IMG/VR virus record: IMGVR_UViG_3300025000_000090 | Location: 3,120 to 67,119 of that record | Strand: one strand, 5' to 3' | Origin: a virus | DNA: 64,000 bases | Shown: positions 1 through 10,654 of the stretch, piece after piece | Layout of the letters: every line of letters begins with the position of its first letter | How positions within the stretch are numbered: the first letter of the stretch is position 1 | Position numbers and translations under genes: made by a program | The notes under the pieces: model-generated | The model's input: the letters and a program-made list of their open reading frames with translations, nothing else | Databases searched by the model: none | What the model was told of the DNA's origin: nothing

Positions 1-20
1 TGTTATTTTAAAAAATAAGC

Positions 21-2387
21 ATGAGTGATACTTTTAATGTACCAGTATTCCCAAAACAAGCAATCCCAGATTCAAAGAAGACTGAAGATTGGTATAAGCA
101 AAATATAGAGATAGGAGTTTCTTTGGTAAATTATCAAAGAGATAATGGACTTAGGTCTGATAGAAAAGAAAAGATATCAAATATAAACCTATTTAATGAT
201 ATTGTAGATAGGGAGGAGATTGAAACTGTAATAAACCCCTATAACCTGGCTGGGAAGTTTCCAGATACATACAAAAACTATCCAGTTGCAAATGGTAACT
301 TAAATTTATTGTTTGGGGAAGAAAGAAAGAGATTATTTAATCCAGTATCATATGTAGTTAATGATGACGTAGTCAGTTCTGGTCAACAAATAATTACTGA
401 GAAATTCAATCAATTAATGGTTGAACAAATAACCAATGAATTCTTTGACCAAGAGCAAGCTAAAAAGGCAATACAAGAATTAGACAGATGGAGTAAATAT
501 ACTTATCAGGATATGTATGAAAGGATGTCTAATCAAGTTATACAATACTTTATTAATACAACGGATATTAAGGAGCATTGGAGTAAGAACTTTGAAGACT
601 TACTTATACAGGGGGAAGAACTTGCAAGTATAGATATCCTTGGTGGTAATTTAGTATTTGAAAGACTTAACCCATTAGACGTTGTTACATTTAGGACTGC
701 TGATAGTTATAAGGTTGAAGATTCTGATTGGATTGTAATATCTAAATTTGTACCAATTGGAGTTGTAATAGACAACTATCATACTTATTTATCAACATCA
801 GATAAAGATTATCTTGAAGAAATATATACCACAAAAACTTCTGGTTCAAAACTAATTCCAGACGGACAATTACTTACTGACAGATACAATATTAATGATT
901 CCCTTAGATATATGGGAATGGATAAAGTTGTTAGGGCCGGTTCTGGAGGAGTTAGGGCATTCAATAGAGCATTTGATGAAAGTGGCAATATTAGGGTAAC
1001 TAGAGTGCTGTGGAAGGGTCAGCGAAGAATTGGAATTATTGATTATAAAGATAATGAAGGTAGGGACCAAAAGAAATATGTTGATGGTAAATATACTCCA
1101 GATACACAAAATGGAGAAAAGGTCAAATGGGTATATATCTCAGAATGGAATGAAGGAACTAAAATTGGTGCAACTATATATTTAAAATATGGTCCAAGAC
1201 CAATACAATTTAGGGATCCTGATAATCCATCCATATGCCATCCTGGAATTGTAGGTAACATCCTAAACACAAACTCAGCACAAGCTAAATCTTTAATGAG
1301 TTATATGAAGCCATATCAGCTTCTATATAACTTCTTTATGTATAGGTTGCAACAAGACTTTATTAAATACCAAGGGCATATTGCTAAATTTAATCTCGCT
1401 AAGAAACCAGATAACTGGTCTATGGACAAGATTATGTTCTATATGCAGCAATTTGGTATAATGATAGAGGATCCATTTAATGAAGGATTAGAAGGAGCTT
1501 CTACTGGTAAATTAGCCGGAACAATGAATGAGTCGTCTGGAAGTATGCAGATTGGTGATGCCAATATGATTCAGATGAATATGAACATGTTAGAATTCCT
1601 TGAAAATAGGATTGCTGATATTTCAGGGGTAACGCCCCAGCGTAAGGGAGCTATTTCCAACAGAGAAACTGTTGGTGGTGTAGAAAGGTCTGTAATGCAA
1701 TCAAGCAATAATACTGAAAAATATTTTAGTTTACATGATAATTTCAGGGTTAGATGCTTAAAAATATTAATTGGTACTGCTGCTATTGCATGGAAGGATA
1801 AAAAGGAGAAGAGATCATTTGTCCTGGATGATGGCACAAAGACCGTATTGGATTTTGATGGTTCAGTTTTCATGCAAGGAACTTATGGAGTTGCAACTAA
1901 TGCTTCTTCTGATGTAACCAACATGATGAATGAGATGAAAGCTCTTGCTCAACCATACATGCAAAACGAAGGTTCATTGTCTACAATAATGGATGTATTT
2001 ATGACAAAAGATCCAGCTTCATTAAAAAGAAAAATAGAGAAAGCTGAAGAAGATATGAGACAAAGACAGAAAGAATCTGAAGAAAGACAATTGCAAGGAC
2101 AGCAAGCTGAAATTGATTCAAATGAAAGAATGTTACAGGATCAAAGGGATCATGAACTATTACTTAAAGAGATGGAGTTAAACAACAAGTTAGAGATAGA
2201 ATTATTGAAACAGCAATCTACTGAAGGAATTGATAACTCAGATGCATTAGCTAAAATTAGTCTTGATAAAGAGAAATTAATGCAAAATTTCAAATTAAAG
2301 AGTAGACAGATGACTGAAATTGAACGTCACAATTTGCAAGCAGAATCAATTTCAAGGATGCAAAAGAAGTCAAGTCAATCAAAATAG
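21..2387 (+). CDS. Portal protein (crAss-like)
   Basis: 788-aa ORF with N-terminal P.Q.IP..KK.EDW, 'ISGVTPQRKGAISNRETVG.VERSV.QS' and a C-terminal coiled coil. It lies two genes upstream of the MCP. Confidence 0.93.
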   Translation: MSDTFNVPVFPKQAIPDSKKTEDWYKQNIEIGVSLVNYQRDNGLRSDRKEKISNINLFNDIVDREEIETVINPYNLAGKFPDTYKNYPVANGNLNLLFGEERKRLFNPVSYVVNDDVVSSGQQIITEKFNQLMVEQITNEFFDQEQAKKAIQELDRWSKYTYQDMYERMSNQVIQYFINTTDIKEHWSKNFEDLLIQGEELASIDILGGNLVFERLNPLDVVTFRTADSYKVEDSDWIVISKFVPIGVVIDNYHTYLSTSDKDYLEEIYTTKTSGSKLIPDGQLLTDRYNINDSLRYMGMDKVVRAGSGGVRAFNRAFDESGNIRVTRVLWKGQRRIGIIDYKDNEGRDQKKYVDGKYTPDTQNGEKVKWVYISEWNEGTKIGATIYLKYGPRPIQFRDPDNPSICHPGIVGNILNTNSAQAKSLMSYMKPYQLLYNFFMYRLQQDFIKYQGHIAKFNLAKKPDNWSMDKIMFYMQQFGIMIEDPFNEGLEGASTGKLAGTMNESSGSMQIGDANMIQMNMNMLEFLENRIADISGVTPQRKGAISNRETVGGVERSVMQSSNNTEKYFSLHDNFRVRCLKILIGTAAIAWKDKKEKRSFVLDDGTKTVLDFDGSVFMQGTYGVATNASSDVTNMMNEMKALAQPYMQNEGSLSTIMDVFMTKDPASLKRKIEKAEEDMRQRQKESEERQLQGQQAEIDSNERMLQDQRDHELLLKEMELNNKLEIELLKQQSTEGIDNSDALAKISLDKEKLMQNFKLKSRQMTEIERHNLQAESISRMQKKSSQSK

Positions 2388-2399
2388 TTATACTAGAAG

Positions 2400-2450
2400 G
2401 TAATTAATTATAAATTTCTTAGGTTTATAATTAATTACTTTATAATTTCG
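2400..2450 (+). promoter_or_regulatory. Putative Bacteroidota-type promoter overlapped by a 15-bp perfect inverted repeat
   Basis: GTAATTAATTATAAA-N9-TTTATAATTAATTAC (2400-2438). TTAG(2419)-N20-TAATTTCG(2443) is a degenerate TTTG/TAnnTTTG pair. Confidence 0.5.
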
Positions 2451-2474
2451 TCACACCTAAAAAACAAATATAGA

Positions 2475-3617
2475 ATGGCAGAAGAAAAATTAAATCAAGA
2501 CATGGTGTTTAATCCTTCCTTTTTGGAGGATACATCAATTAAAAAAGATCCTGATAATAAGGAACAAAAAGAAGAGTTAAATTTATTTGAAAATATTGGT
2601 CTGATCCAAGAAGCAAATAAGAAACAAGTTAATGACGAACCAGGACAAAAGGTAGAAAAAATTGATAATAGCCAGTCTCCTGATAATACTAAAGGTTCTT
2701 CTTTGTTTTCTGTTGTTTTAGGTAAAGACTTGACGGAGGCTGGCGCATTATCTACTTTTGATGAAGAAAAAATAAAGGAAATTGCCACTAAAGACGGAGA
2801 TGAAGCTGCAATTAAATATATGTTTCAGAAACAATTAGAGGTAAATAAAAAGGAATTACAAACAAATGACGATTCCCAATATCAAGAGTATTTAACAATG
2901 GTTAGTGGTGGAGTATCCAAACAAGAAGCTACTGGAATAGTACAACTTGAAAACTTTGCAAAGAGTTTTAAAGGCATGGATTTAAAGGGGGAGGATGACA
3001 ATGCTGTTCAAGCAAGAAAAGATATTCTTACTTTAAATTATAGATTGAATACGAAATTCTCAGATGATAAGATTACCAAACTGGTAAACAAATCATACGA
3101 AGATGGATCTGATGTAGATGAAGTTGACGAAGCTTCACAAAACATTCTTGAATATATTGCTGAGACAAAACAAAACAATATAAAACAAGCTCAAGATCAA
3201 AAAATTGCTAGAGAAACGGCAATTGCAAAATATACAACAGATCAAAAAGCCTTAATAGAAACCACTGATGAATATTTTAAGGGTGACAAGGTTACAAAGG
3301 TTGTAAAAGAAAAAATGATTAAACTGTTAACAAGTCCAGCAAAACTAAAGGATGGAAGCATCAACAATCAATTATGGGCTAAAAGAGATGAGAATCCAAT
3401 TGCTTTTGATGCTAAAGTAGCATACTTAGAAGCCATTGGATTTTTTGATGATAAACCATTGGATAAATTTGTAAAAAATGCTGAAACAAAAGTAACAACT
3501 GGATTACAGGCATTCCTACAAGATAATGAGGGAAGATCATATAAAGGTTCAATGGGTAAATCTTTCAGCGAAACAGTTACAAATAAAGAAGATCCATTTT
3601 CAATCTTCTTAAAATGA
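2475..3617 (+). CDS. Conserved acidic protein between portal and MCP (putative scaffold)
   Basis: 380-aa acidic, helical protein in the conserved crAss position. Confidence 0.7.
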   Translation: MAEEKLNQDMVFNPSFLEDTSIKKDPDNKEQKEELNLFENIGLIQEANKKQVNDEPGQKVEKIDNSQSPDNTKGSSLFSVVLGKDLTEAGALSTFDEEKIKEIATKDGDEAAIKYMFQKQLEVNKKELQTNDDSQYQEYLTMVSGGVSKQEATGIVQLENFAKSFKGMDLKGEDDNAVQARKDILTLNYRLNTKFSDDKITKLVNKSYEDGSDVDEVDEASQNILEYIAETKQNNIKQAQDQKIARETAIAKYTTDQKALIETTDEYFKGDKVTKVVKEKMIKLLTSPAKLKDGSINNQLWAKRDENPIAFDAKVAYLEAIGFFDDKPLDKFVKNAETKVTTGLQAFLQDNEGRSYKGSMGKSFSETVTNKEDPFSIFLK

Positions 3618-3640
3618 AAAAGTTTTAAATTTAAATAAAT

Positions 3641-5140
3641 ATGAGTAATAATCAAATTACGCCCTTACAGATCATAGATCCAAAATATTGGTCAGGTCTT
3701 ACTAGAGATCAACATCTTGCATGGGCTTATGGAAAATCACCTCAATACATTGACAAGACTTTGGAAACAGTATATGAAGTGAATTATGGTGATGATAATT
3801 TAGTGTCATTTGTAAATAAGTTTCCAGTAATGGAAATTGAAACAGATGATCCATACCGTTGGAGATTAATGGGTGCAGAGGAAAGAAATATTCCTCTTGT
3901 TAAAGCATCTTTAACATCAAGTGGTTCTCAAGTGGCATCAACTGATCAAGCTGGTATTGCACGTGGATTTTTCTATATGTGGTTCCCAGAACGTTATTTT
4001 GAAGTAACTACACACATTGTTGGTGAAAATCCAGAAACTTATCAAGTACGTATAGTCGAAGATCCTGTTCAGGATGGAGCTTATTGGCGTTATAAAGTTC
4101 AGAATTTTACTTCTGATGATTCCGCTTTCTTACCATACGATGAACTGGCAGTTGACACCCGTTGGAAAGAATTGTACGGACAAACTGAACAAGAATTATC
4201 TGAAAGGGGTAATGGAGTTCACCATGCTTCTCATTTTGAAATGGAAAATACCTTATCAATGATTCGTAAGAATTATGATGTTCCTGGTAATATGATTGGA
4301 GCTAAGAATCCAGCTATGGGCATGCAATTTGTTGGTGCTGATGGTAAAGTCCACACTAAATGGATTGATAAACTTGGATGGGATTTCTATAAACAATTTA
4401 GACGTGATAAAGCACGATTGTTGATGTATGGTAAATCCAATAAAATGGCCGATGGATCATTTGGTCATAAGGGAGAAAGTGGAAACACTATCCGTTCTGG
4501 ATTTGGCTTATATGAACAAATGGAATCTGGTAACTTGATGTATTTCAATACATTTAGTTTAGATATGCTTTCAAGTTTTGCAATGCAACTTTCTGTAGGT
4601 AAGATTAAAGAAGACAAACGTGAGTTTGTTTTGTCTACTGGAGAATGGGGTGCTTTAGAATTCCATAAAGCTGCTAAAGGTACTGCATCCAATATTTCTT
4701 GGTTACGATCTGACCATAACTTTAAACAAGGCGGTAAGGAATTAGATGAAACTCAAATTGGAACTTATACTTTTGTTAATGGAATTAAATTCCATGTGAT
4801 AATTGATCCAATGAAAGATAATCCAGTTCTTCATACTAAACGTTTTAAAGAAGGTCTTGCTGAATCATATACTTATGATATCTGGGATTTTGGCACTACC
4901 AATGGTAACTCAAATATTCAACGTGTATCATTGAAAGGTAATCATGAAGTTCACCGTTATATTCCTGGATTACGTGATCCATTTACTCCCGGTGGAGAAG
5001 GATACACTGGAGATAATGGAGCTGCCATAATGACTGCTTCATCTAAAGATGGTTATTCTGTATATAAAGCCGCATGGCTTGGTATATTAATTAGAAATGT
5101 TAAACGTACTGGTAGGCTTCGTCCTAATGTACTTCGATAG
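3641..5140 (+). CDS. Major capsid protein (HK97 fold, crAss-like)
   Basis: 499 aa with WSGLT...HL, 'ERNIPLV', 'SG..IRSG.GL.EQ', 'FVLSTGEWG' and 'YIPGLRDPF'. Followed by a terminator. Confidence 0.95.
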   Translation: MSNNQITPLQIIDPKYWSGLTRDQHLAWAYGKSPQYIDKTLETVYEVNYGDDNLVSFVNKFPVMEIETDDPYRWRLMGAEERNIPLVKASLTSSGSQVASTDQAGIARGFFYMWFPERYFEVTTHIVGENPETYQVRIVEDPVQDGAYWRYKVQNFTSDDSAFLPYDELAVDTRWKELYGQTEQELSERGNGVHHASHFEMENTLSMIRKNYDVPGNMIGAKNPAMGMQFVGADGKVHTKWIDKLGWDFYKQFRRDKARLLMYGKSNKMADGSFGHKGESGNTIRSGFGLYEQMESGNLMYFNTFSLDMLSSFAMQLSVGKIKEDKREFVLSTGEWGALEFHKAAKGTASNISWLRSDHNFKQGGKELDETQIGTYTFVNGIKFHVIIDPMKDNPVLHTKRFKEGLAESYTYDIWDFGTTNGNSNIQRVSLKGNHEVHRYIPGLRDPFTPGGEGYTGDNGAAIMTASSKDGYSVYKAAWLGILIRNVKRTGRLRPNVLR

Positions 5141-5147
5141 TATAATC

Positions 5148-5181
5148 GGAGAGGGGTTATATCCTCTCTCCTTTATTTTTT
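5148..5181 (+). terminator. Rho-independent terminator after MCP
   Basis: GGAGAGGGG-TTATAT-CCTCTCTCC stem followed by a T-rich tail. Confidence 0.85.
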
Positions 5182-5213
5182 GTCTAAAACCTAAATAATT
5201 TAAAAACAAATTT

Positions 5214-6098
5214 ATGACAACAGAAGAAGCAATTAAAAAAGAATTTTTAGAAAAAAAGAAAATTATTATAATGCCATCTCCAAGAGGAGGAAAAATGATT
5301 ACAGATCCAAGACACATAGCTTACTTTAAAATGGATGGAGCTACAACTTCATTCTGTTTACCAAGGAATGAGCGTGGTGATTTAGTAAACATATTCAAGA
5401 GTGACGAAGAAAAAGAGTTCTTTGAACAACAATTGGGACTAGATCTTAACGTAAGGAAGCCAGGTAATCATTTTGAAAAGATGCAGGTAACAGTTACAAA
5501 AGATGCTGGTTTAATGCATAAAGGGGAGTCATATAACATGAGTGACCCTATGGATAATCTAAGAGCAAGGATTCTTATGGTTCAACCAACAGTAGCTCCT
5601 AGCTGGAAAGAAAGATTGAGCCGTGTTGAATATCAATGGGCTATTATTGATGAATCACAATTAAATAATGAAGCTGAAGTTGAATATAACTCTCAACAGG
5701 AATTTTGGATGTATCTTGGTAAAATTGGTGATGATGTTCCAAAAATGAGACAAACTCTAATGGTGTACTTCAATACAATTAGTTCTACTAAAAAGATACA
5801 GATTGATATTTCAAAAGTAGCATTAAGAAAAGAATACAATGAAATTCATGCAGACAAAGGTCAGCGTGAAAACTTCTTATCTATTGTTTCTGCACCTACA
5901 TTTAAAAATAAGTTAATTGTATTACAGGCTTTAGAATGTGGAGCAATTAAAAAAGAAGGAAATAATGCATATATCTTTACTGGATTTGATGAAACATTCA
6001 CTTTTAACGATATTGCAGAAAGAGTTGGTTCCTTAAAAGAATCTCAAGATAATCTATATTTTAAACTTATAGATCAAATAGAAAAAGGAAATAAATAA
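5214..6098 (+). CDS. Conserved crAss-like protein downstream of MCP
   Basis: 294 aa with a 'YNMSDPMD' motif, in the conserved position. Function not assignable. Confidence 0.6.
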   Translation: MTTEEAIKKEFLEKKKIIIMPSPRGGKMITDPRHIAYFKMDGATTSFCLPRNERGDLVNIFKSDEEKEFFEQQLGLDLNVRKPGNHFEKMQVTVTKDAGLMHKGESYNMSDPMDNLRARILMVQPTVAPSWKERLSRVEYQWAIIDESQLNNEAEVEYNSQQEFWMYLGKIGDDVPKMRQTLMVYFNTISSTKKIQIDISKVALRKEYNEIHADKGQRENFLSIVSAPTFKNKLIVLQALECGAIKKEGNNAYIFTGFDETFTFNDIAERVGSLKESQDNLYFKLIDQIEKGNK

Positions 6099-6787
6099 TG
6101 ACAATAAATGATTTGATAACTGAATTCAAGACTACCTACGAACTAGGTAGTCTTGGATTACCAGGTTTTGAAGATTCAGAAATAAAACAATTACTTGAGA
6201 TCAATCAGTATAAAATGATTAATCAGAAGTTTGGTGGTAATAATATCTACAAATCCGAATTTCCAGATACATTGAAAAGGATTGATGATTTGCAAGGATT
6301 ACTGGTTGCTGAATACTTAGATTTATATCAAACAAATACAAATATAAATGAATATTTGGTAATTTTATCTTCTATAACCAATTATTTACATACATATAAG
6401 GTAAGGATAAAAACAACCGGAGGTGTATTTGATTTAGCAGAACCAGTCAAATTAAATGAATCTATTAGATTTAGTTCTGGTTTCAGAAACACCAATCCAG
6501 TACTAAAAAATCCAAAATACACTATTACATCAAATAATTCTGGACAAAAGATTATAATGGTTTATTATTTTAAAAGCACAGATTCTGCAATATTAACTAC
6601 TGCCGGTTGTGAATTAACATATATAAGAAAACCTGAAAATTTAACAGGAACACCATCATCCCCATTAATTGATTTCAATGATGATGTATATCATGAATTA
6701 GTAGCAATGACTGTAGATCATGCAATAAGTATTGTAAGTCCAAATAAGAGTCAAGTTAGTCAACAACAATTAAATAAAATAGAATAA
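6098..6787 (+). CDS. Tail ring protein (paralog 1)
   Basis: 'PGFEDSEI', 'KRIDDLQGL', 'YIRKP' and 'YHELVAMTV'. TAATG overlap with the upstream gene. Confidence 0.75.
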   Translation: MTINDLITEFKTTYELGSLGLPGFEDSEIKQLLEINQYKMINQKFGGNNIYKSEFPDTLKRIDDLQGLLVAEYLDLYQTNTNINEYLVILSSITNYLHTYKVRIKTTGGVFDLAEPVKLNESIRFSSGFRNTNPVLKNPKYTITSNNSGQKIIMVYYFKSTDSAILTTAGCELTYIRKPENLTGTPSSPLIDFNDDVYHELVAMTVDHAISIVSPNKSQVSQQQLNKIE

Positions 6788-7506
6788 TGACTGGTAGAGA
6801 AATGTTAATTCGCTTTGAGGAATTATTAAGAAATACTAATAAGGATTTAGAGTTTGATGAAAATATAAGCACTGAGGTAATATACTCAATATTGACGAGA
6901 GCACAAGAAGAATATATAATTCAGAATTTTTTGCTTGGAGATAGTATTAAGGATAATATAAATGCTATTAGACGCAGATCTGATGTATTATCAAAAATAA
7001 TTAAAAGAACTGTTGCTGGAGATATTACTGTTGCTGCTTCTGCCACAAGTAAACAAATTGATGGTGGATATTTGGCCACAATAACAAATGCTAATTACTG
7101 GGTATTTCTGTCTGGAGTATTAACTCATGCTGACTTGACTTCTTCTCAAAATGACAAAGGAGCACCAATAAATTCTCTTGAACTTGAATTAATAAATCAT
7201 TATGAATTAAATAAAAAGATTAGGACACTAACAAATGAACCAGTAATAAAAAAAGTTCCTATAGTTTTAGAGGGAGCAAATAAATTTGTATTCTATCTTA
7301 GTAAAGAAAATATAGCAGAGATTGATGCATCCATAGCCAGCACTGTATTTGGAATTATATATTTAGCGAGGCCAACTGGTATTGACGGAACTAATGCATC
7401 TGAATTAGCTGATTCAACACATAATGATATATTGAAGCTTGCAGTAGAAATGTTCTTGAGGGAATATAAATACAAATTAGGTAATTTGTCTAAACAACAA
7501 GTATAA
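6787..7506 (+). CDS. Tail ring protein (paralog 2)
   Basis: 'LTRAQEEYI', 'RRSDVL', 'YLARP' and 'SELADSTHNDILKLAV'. Same pattern as its neighbours. Confidence 0.75.
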   Translation: MTGREMLIRFEELLRNTNKDLEFDENISTEVIYSILTRAQEEYIIQNFLLGDSIKDNINAIRRRSDVLSKIIKRTVAGDITVAASATSKQIDGGYLATITNANYWVFLSGVLTHADLTSSQNDKGAPINSLELELINHYELNKKIRTLTNEPVIKKVPIVLEGANKFVFYLSKENIAEIDASIASTVFGIIYLARPTGIDGTNASELADSTHNDILKLAVEMFLREYKYKLGNLSKQQV

Positions 7507-8165
7507 TGGATGCCAGATACATGCAAGAAGCTGTAGAGATAGAACTTGGATTGCAGGATCCAAATTATGAAGAAAGAGGTAAACTTGAATCAAGGGTTAT
7601 TTTTTATTATCTTTCAAGGTATGAAATGGATTACATCAAGTTGATATATGAAGAAGGTTTTGACAAAAACGAATCCAACAAAAGAAAACTTGGTAAATTA
7701 CTTGAAGAAGTTACGATAACTGGTGGAGACATAGTATCTAGTACATTTTATCCAGATGCTTATGTTGTAACAATACCAACAGATGTTCTTTACACGATAA
7801 ATGAAAGAGTTGATTTAACTGAAAATGCAATTCCTTATTTAAATATATTGACAAAACCTATTTCATATGATGAATATAGTGCAAATAAAAACAATCCATT
7901 TAGACATGCAAATGTTGAAAAATGTTTGAGATTAGAAGGTGTCAATTCGCATACATTATTAGTGACAAGCGATACAGATTCATTAAATAATGTTTACTTA
8001 AATTATATAAAAACACCTTTAGGAATAAATTTAAGTCAAGATTGTGAATTACATGAAGGAGTTCATCATAATATAGTTTCTGGAGCAGTTAAATTAATAC
8101 AAGCAGCAATGCAAAATCAAGTTGGATATAATATTCAATCTAAGGAAGAACAAGTAAATAAATAA
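7506..8165 (+). CDS. Tail ring protein (paralog 3)
   Basis: 'GFDKNESNKRKL', 'NNPFR', 'YIKTP' and 'CELHEGVHHNIVSGAV'. Confidence 0.75.
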   Translation: MDARYMQEAVEIELGLQDPNYEERGKLESRVIFYYLSRYEMDYIKLIYEEGFDKNESNKRKLGKLLEEVTITGGDIVSSTFYPDAYVVTIPTDVLYTINERVDLTENAIPYLNILTKPISYDEYSANKNNPFRHANVEKCLRLEGVNSHTLLVTSDTDSLNNVYLNYIKTPLGINLSQDCELHEGVHHNIVSGAVKLIQAAMQNQVGYNIQSKEEQVNK

Positions 8166-8184
8166 TTAATTAATATAATAAACA

Positions 8185-8841
8185 ATGAGCGCATTAAGTA
8201 AAATAAAGACAATGGAAAGCAATCAAGATGCTACCGAGATTGTTGCTAGGGCAAAACATTTAAATCCAGTAATTGATAAGGTAAACGCTTTATCATCTGA
8301 AACTGGTAAATTAACTCTTTCAGACGGTTCCGTTGACTCTCCAACTATTGTGACAACTGGGGCTGCTGGAGTATATATTGGGCCAACTACTGCTGGATTA
8401 ACAACTGCTGGAAGTCATTATGCTTTGTTGACAGGTAGCGGTATATTTACAGTATATACCAGTTCAACAACTGGTGGATTTGCCGGTAGTGGAACAAATC
8501 AAATTGGACCTATTACAATTTGTGCTGCTCAAGAAACAATTGCTGCTGGGTCTGGTGGAGCAATCAGTGTAGCTGCACATTATACAGATATTGCTGTAGA
8601 TGCCGGTGGTGATGCTTTTACCTTGGGAGCTGGAGCTTGTATTGGACAATTAAAGAAGATTATGCTAAGTGCTACCGCTGGTGGAACTGGAGTTGTTACT
8701 GGAACTTTTACAGGAGCTGGAACTACTTTAACTTTTACAAATGCTGGCGAATATGCATTGTTACAATGGAATGGAACCGATTGGATTGCTTTAGAATTGG
8801 CTAGTGTTGTTACATTAACTCATAAACCAGTAATAACTTAA
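8185..8841 (+). CDS. Putative capsid decoration / head fibre protein
   Basis: Gly/Thr/Ala-rich beta protein with an N-terminal 'ARAKHLNPVID' helix and a C-terminal 'ALLQWNGTDW'. It precedes the auxiliary capsid gene. Confidence 0.5.
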   Translation: MSALSKIKTMESNQDATEIVARAKHLNPVIDKVNALSSETGKLTLSDGSVDSPTIVTTGAAGVYIGPTTAGLTTAGSHYALLTGSGIFTVYTSSTTGGFAGSGTNQIGPITICAAQETIAAGSGGAISVAAHYTDIAVDAGGDAFTLGAGACIGQLKKIMLSATAGGTGVVTGTFTGAGTTLTFTNAGEYALLQWNGTDWIALELASVVTLTHKPVIT

Positions 8842-8881
8842 TAATAAATAATAAATATTTTTTAATTAAAAACAAATAAAC

Positions 8882-10399
8882 ATGTTTGAAGGAAATGCAA
8901 GCTACTTATATGTAGCAAACGTAGCCTCTGGTGTAGCTGACGCTGGAGATGTAAAACTTATAGCCAATGGTTCTGTTGCTTTCTGTAAGGAAGATGGGAC
9001 TATTGAAAAAGGAGCTAATACAACTGAGAAGTTGAGGTTAGCAAAGAAATTAGCTGATGGTACTATGATTTATAGTCCAGAATTGAATATGGCAACCCGA
9101 AAGAATGTTGTAGGTAAATCTTTTGTAGCTCCAGAACGCCAAATATCCTATTTGGGATTTAATGGTACTTCTGGCGCCTTAGATGCAACTGCAAATGAAT
9201 TGTTCGTAATGCATTTGGAATGGATGAATTCTCAGTTCACAATAAACAATACTCCAATCAGGTTCTCTGCACCTTACCAAACGACTGCTGCTTCTCAAAA
9301 AGAATTAGCTTTTGGATTGGTTTCTGCAATTAACCCAGTTATTCAACGTCAACCATTTAAGTTTGTTGCAGTTGAAGTTGTTGGAGATGGTACTGTTGCT
9401 GCTATTACTGGTAATTCTACTATTACAAAAGTAACTAAAGGAGTGAAGGGAGTTGGATCTTATATTAAAACTGGAGATGCTACAGCAACTTTTACAGCCT
9501 CTACGTCATCTGTAACTGATGCAACTGTATTAAATATTCCATCATCTGGTGGAAGAACTTTTAGTTATACACAAACTCTATTGGGTAGTGGAGCTGGATC
9601 TGCTTGTACTTATATTGGAGAAACTGCTTATTTGATTGCAGATGCTGGTACTGCTGTTCAAAACGCAACTGCTATGGTAGCTGCTATTAATGCTGGCACT
9701 CAAGCAACAGCAAGTAATGTCGCCGGAACCAGTGCCGTAGTAACAATTGTTTATAATACAGACTTCTATTCATTACCTCCTTTGGCAATGGAAACTGTTG
9801 ATGATGCAACCTGGACTAATGTTGTTGTTACAACTCTTACTGGAGACGCTATTCCTGTAAAATATTCTATTAGTGGAACCACTTCTGCTGCTGCCACTTT
9901 TGCATTGTCAGAAGCATATGCAGGAGAAACTGGTTATGTATTTGATGGAACAACTGCTGCTGGAATGACTGGTATTGCTACTGTTACTAATTATGGATTG
10001 AAATTTTCTGGTAAAGATAATTCTAAGTTTAATCCAGTAAATGACACTTGGGAACCAGTAAGGTTTAAAATACTTTCTGGGGACTTTGTAACTGCTACTG
10101 TAACTTATACTACAAATGCTACTCCTGGTACTGGTTATGCTAAGCAATTAGCTAATCTTGAATCTTATGCTCAGTTCTTGAATAAGAGTGGTGTTATTGG
10201 AGCTTATCCTGAAATTAAACGTACTCAAGAAGTAGATCTTACTAAAGATTATGATATCATTAGTTTTGAGTTTGCAGATCAAACTTATGTCAGTCCAACT
10301 ACTGGATTAGGCCCTATTCATACTTTTAGGATTCAAGTAGCTGTAGAGGTTTCTTTAGCTGGAGATGATATTGATACTGTATTGGCAGTAACCGTCTAG
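8882..10399 (+). CDS. Auxiliary capsid protein (crAss-like) with a Thr/Ala-rich internal region
   Basis: 'PGTGYAKQLANLE', 'YP..VDLTKDYDII' and a final 'IQVAV', followed by a terminator. Confidence 0.7.
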   Translation: MFEGNASYLYVANVASGVADAGDVKLIANGSVAFCKEDGTIEKGANTTEKLRLAKKLADGTMIYSPELNMATRKNVVGKSFVAPERQISYLGFNGTSGALDATANELFVMHLEWMNSQFTINNTPIRFSAPYQTTAASQKELAFGLVSAINPVIQRQPFKFVAVEVVGDGTVAAITGNSTITKVTKGVKGVGSYIKTGDATATFTASTSSVTDATVLNIPSSGGRTFSYTQTLLGSGAGSACTYIGETAYLIADAGTAVQNATAMVAAINAGTQATASNVAGTSAVVTIVYNTDFYSLPPLAMETVDDATWTNVVVTTLTGDAIPVKYSISGTTSAAATFALSEAYAGETGYVFDGTTAAGMTGIATVTNYGLKFSGKDNSKFNPVNDTWEPVRFKILSGDFVTATVTYTTNATPGTGYAKQLANLESYAQFLNKSGVIGAYPEIKRTQEVDLTKDYDIISFEFADQTYVSPTTGLGPIHTFRIQVAVEVSLAGDDIDTVLAVTV

Positions 10400-10425
10400 C
10401 TTTAATTGGTAAATAAAATAAATAG

Positions 10426-10453
10426 AGGGAGGGCAAACGCCTTCCCTTTTTTT
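10426..10453 (+). terminator. Rho-independent terminator
   Basis: AGGGAGGGC-AAAC-GCCTTCCCT stem followed by a T run. Confidence 0.88.
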
Positions 10454-10470
10454 ATAATAACAAGTGTGAG

Positions 10471-10513
10471 TATAAAATATATTTTGATTGTATATTTTAT
10501 ATTGCTATTTTTG
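10471..10513 (+). promoter_or_regulatory. Bacteroidota-type promoter with an 11-bp inverted repeat around -33
   Basis: TATAAAATATA-N9-TATATTTTATA. TTTG(10483)-N19-TATTTTTG(10506). Confidence 0.65.
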
Positions 10514-10654
10514 AATAATCTAACATTATTACTATGAATGACATTATAATGAAAGCAATAGTTATTTAAAAATAAGAGTCAAACAATAATTTAATAAACA
10601 AAAATTAATGAACAATCTTTGGTATAAAAATATTCAATAAAAGCATTAATATAT

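Noticed and set aside
10533-10640. Two tiny ORFs upstream of 10655 as regulatory leader peptides
   Set aside because: They are only 10-11 codons long in very AT-rich DNA, with no attenuator structure, so they cannot be told from chance.
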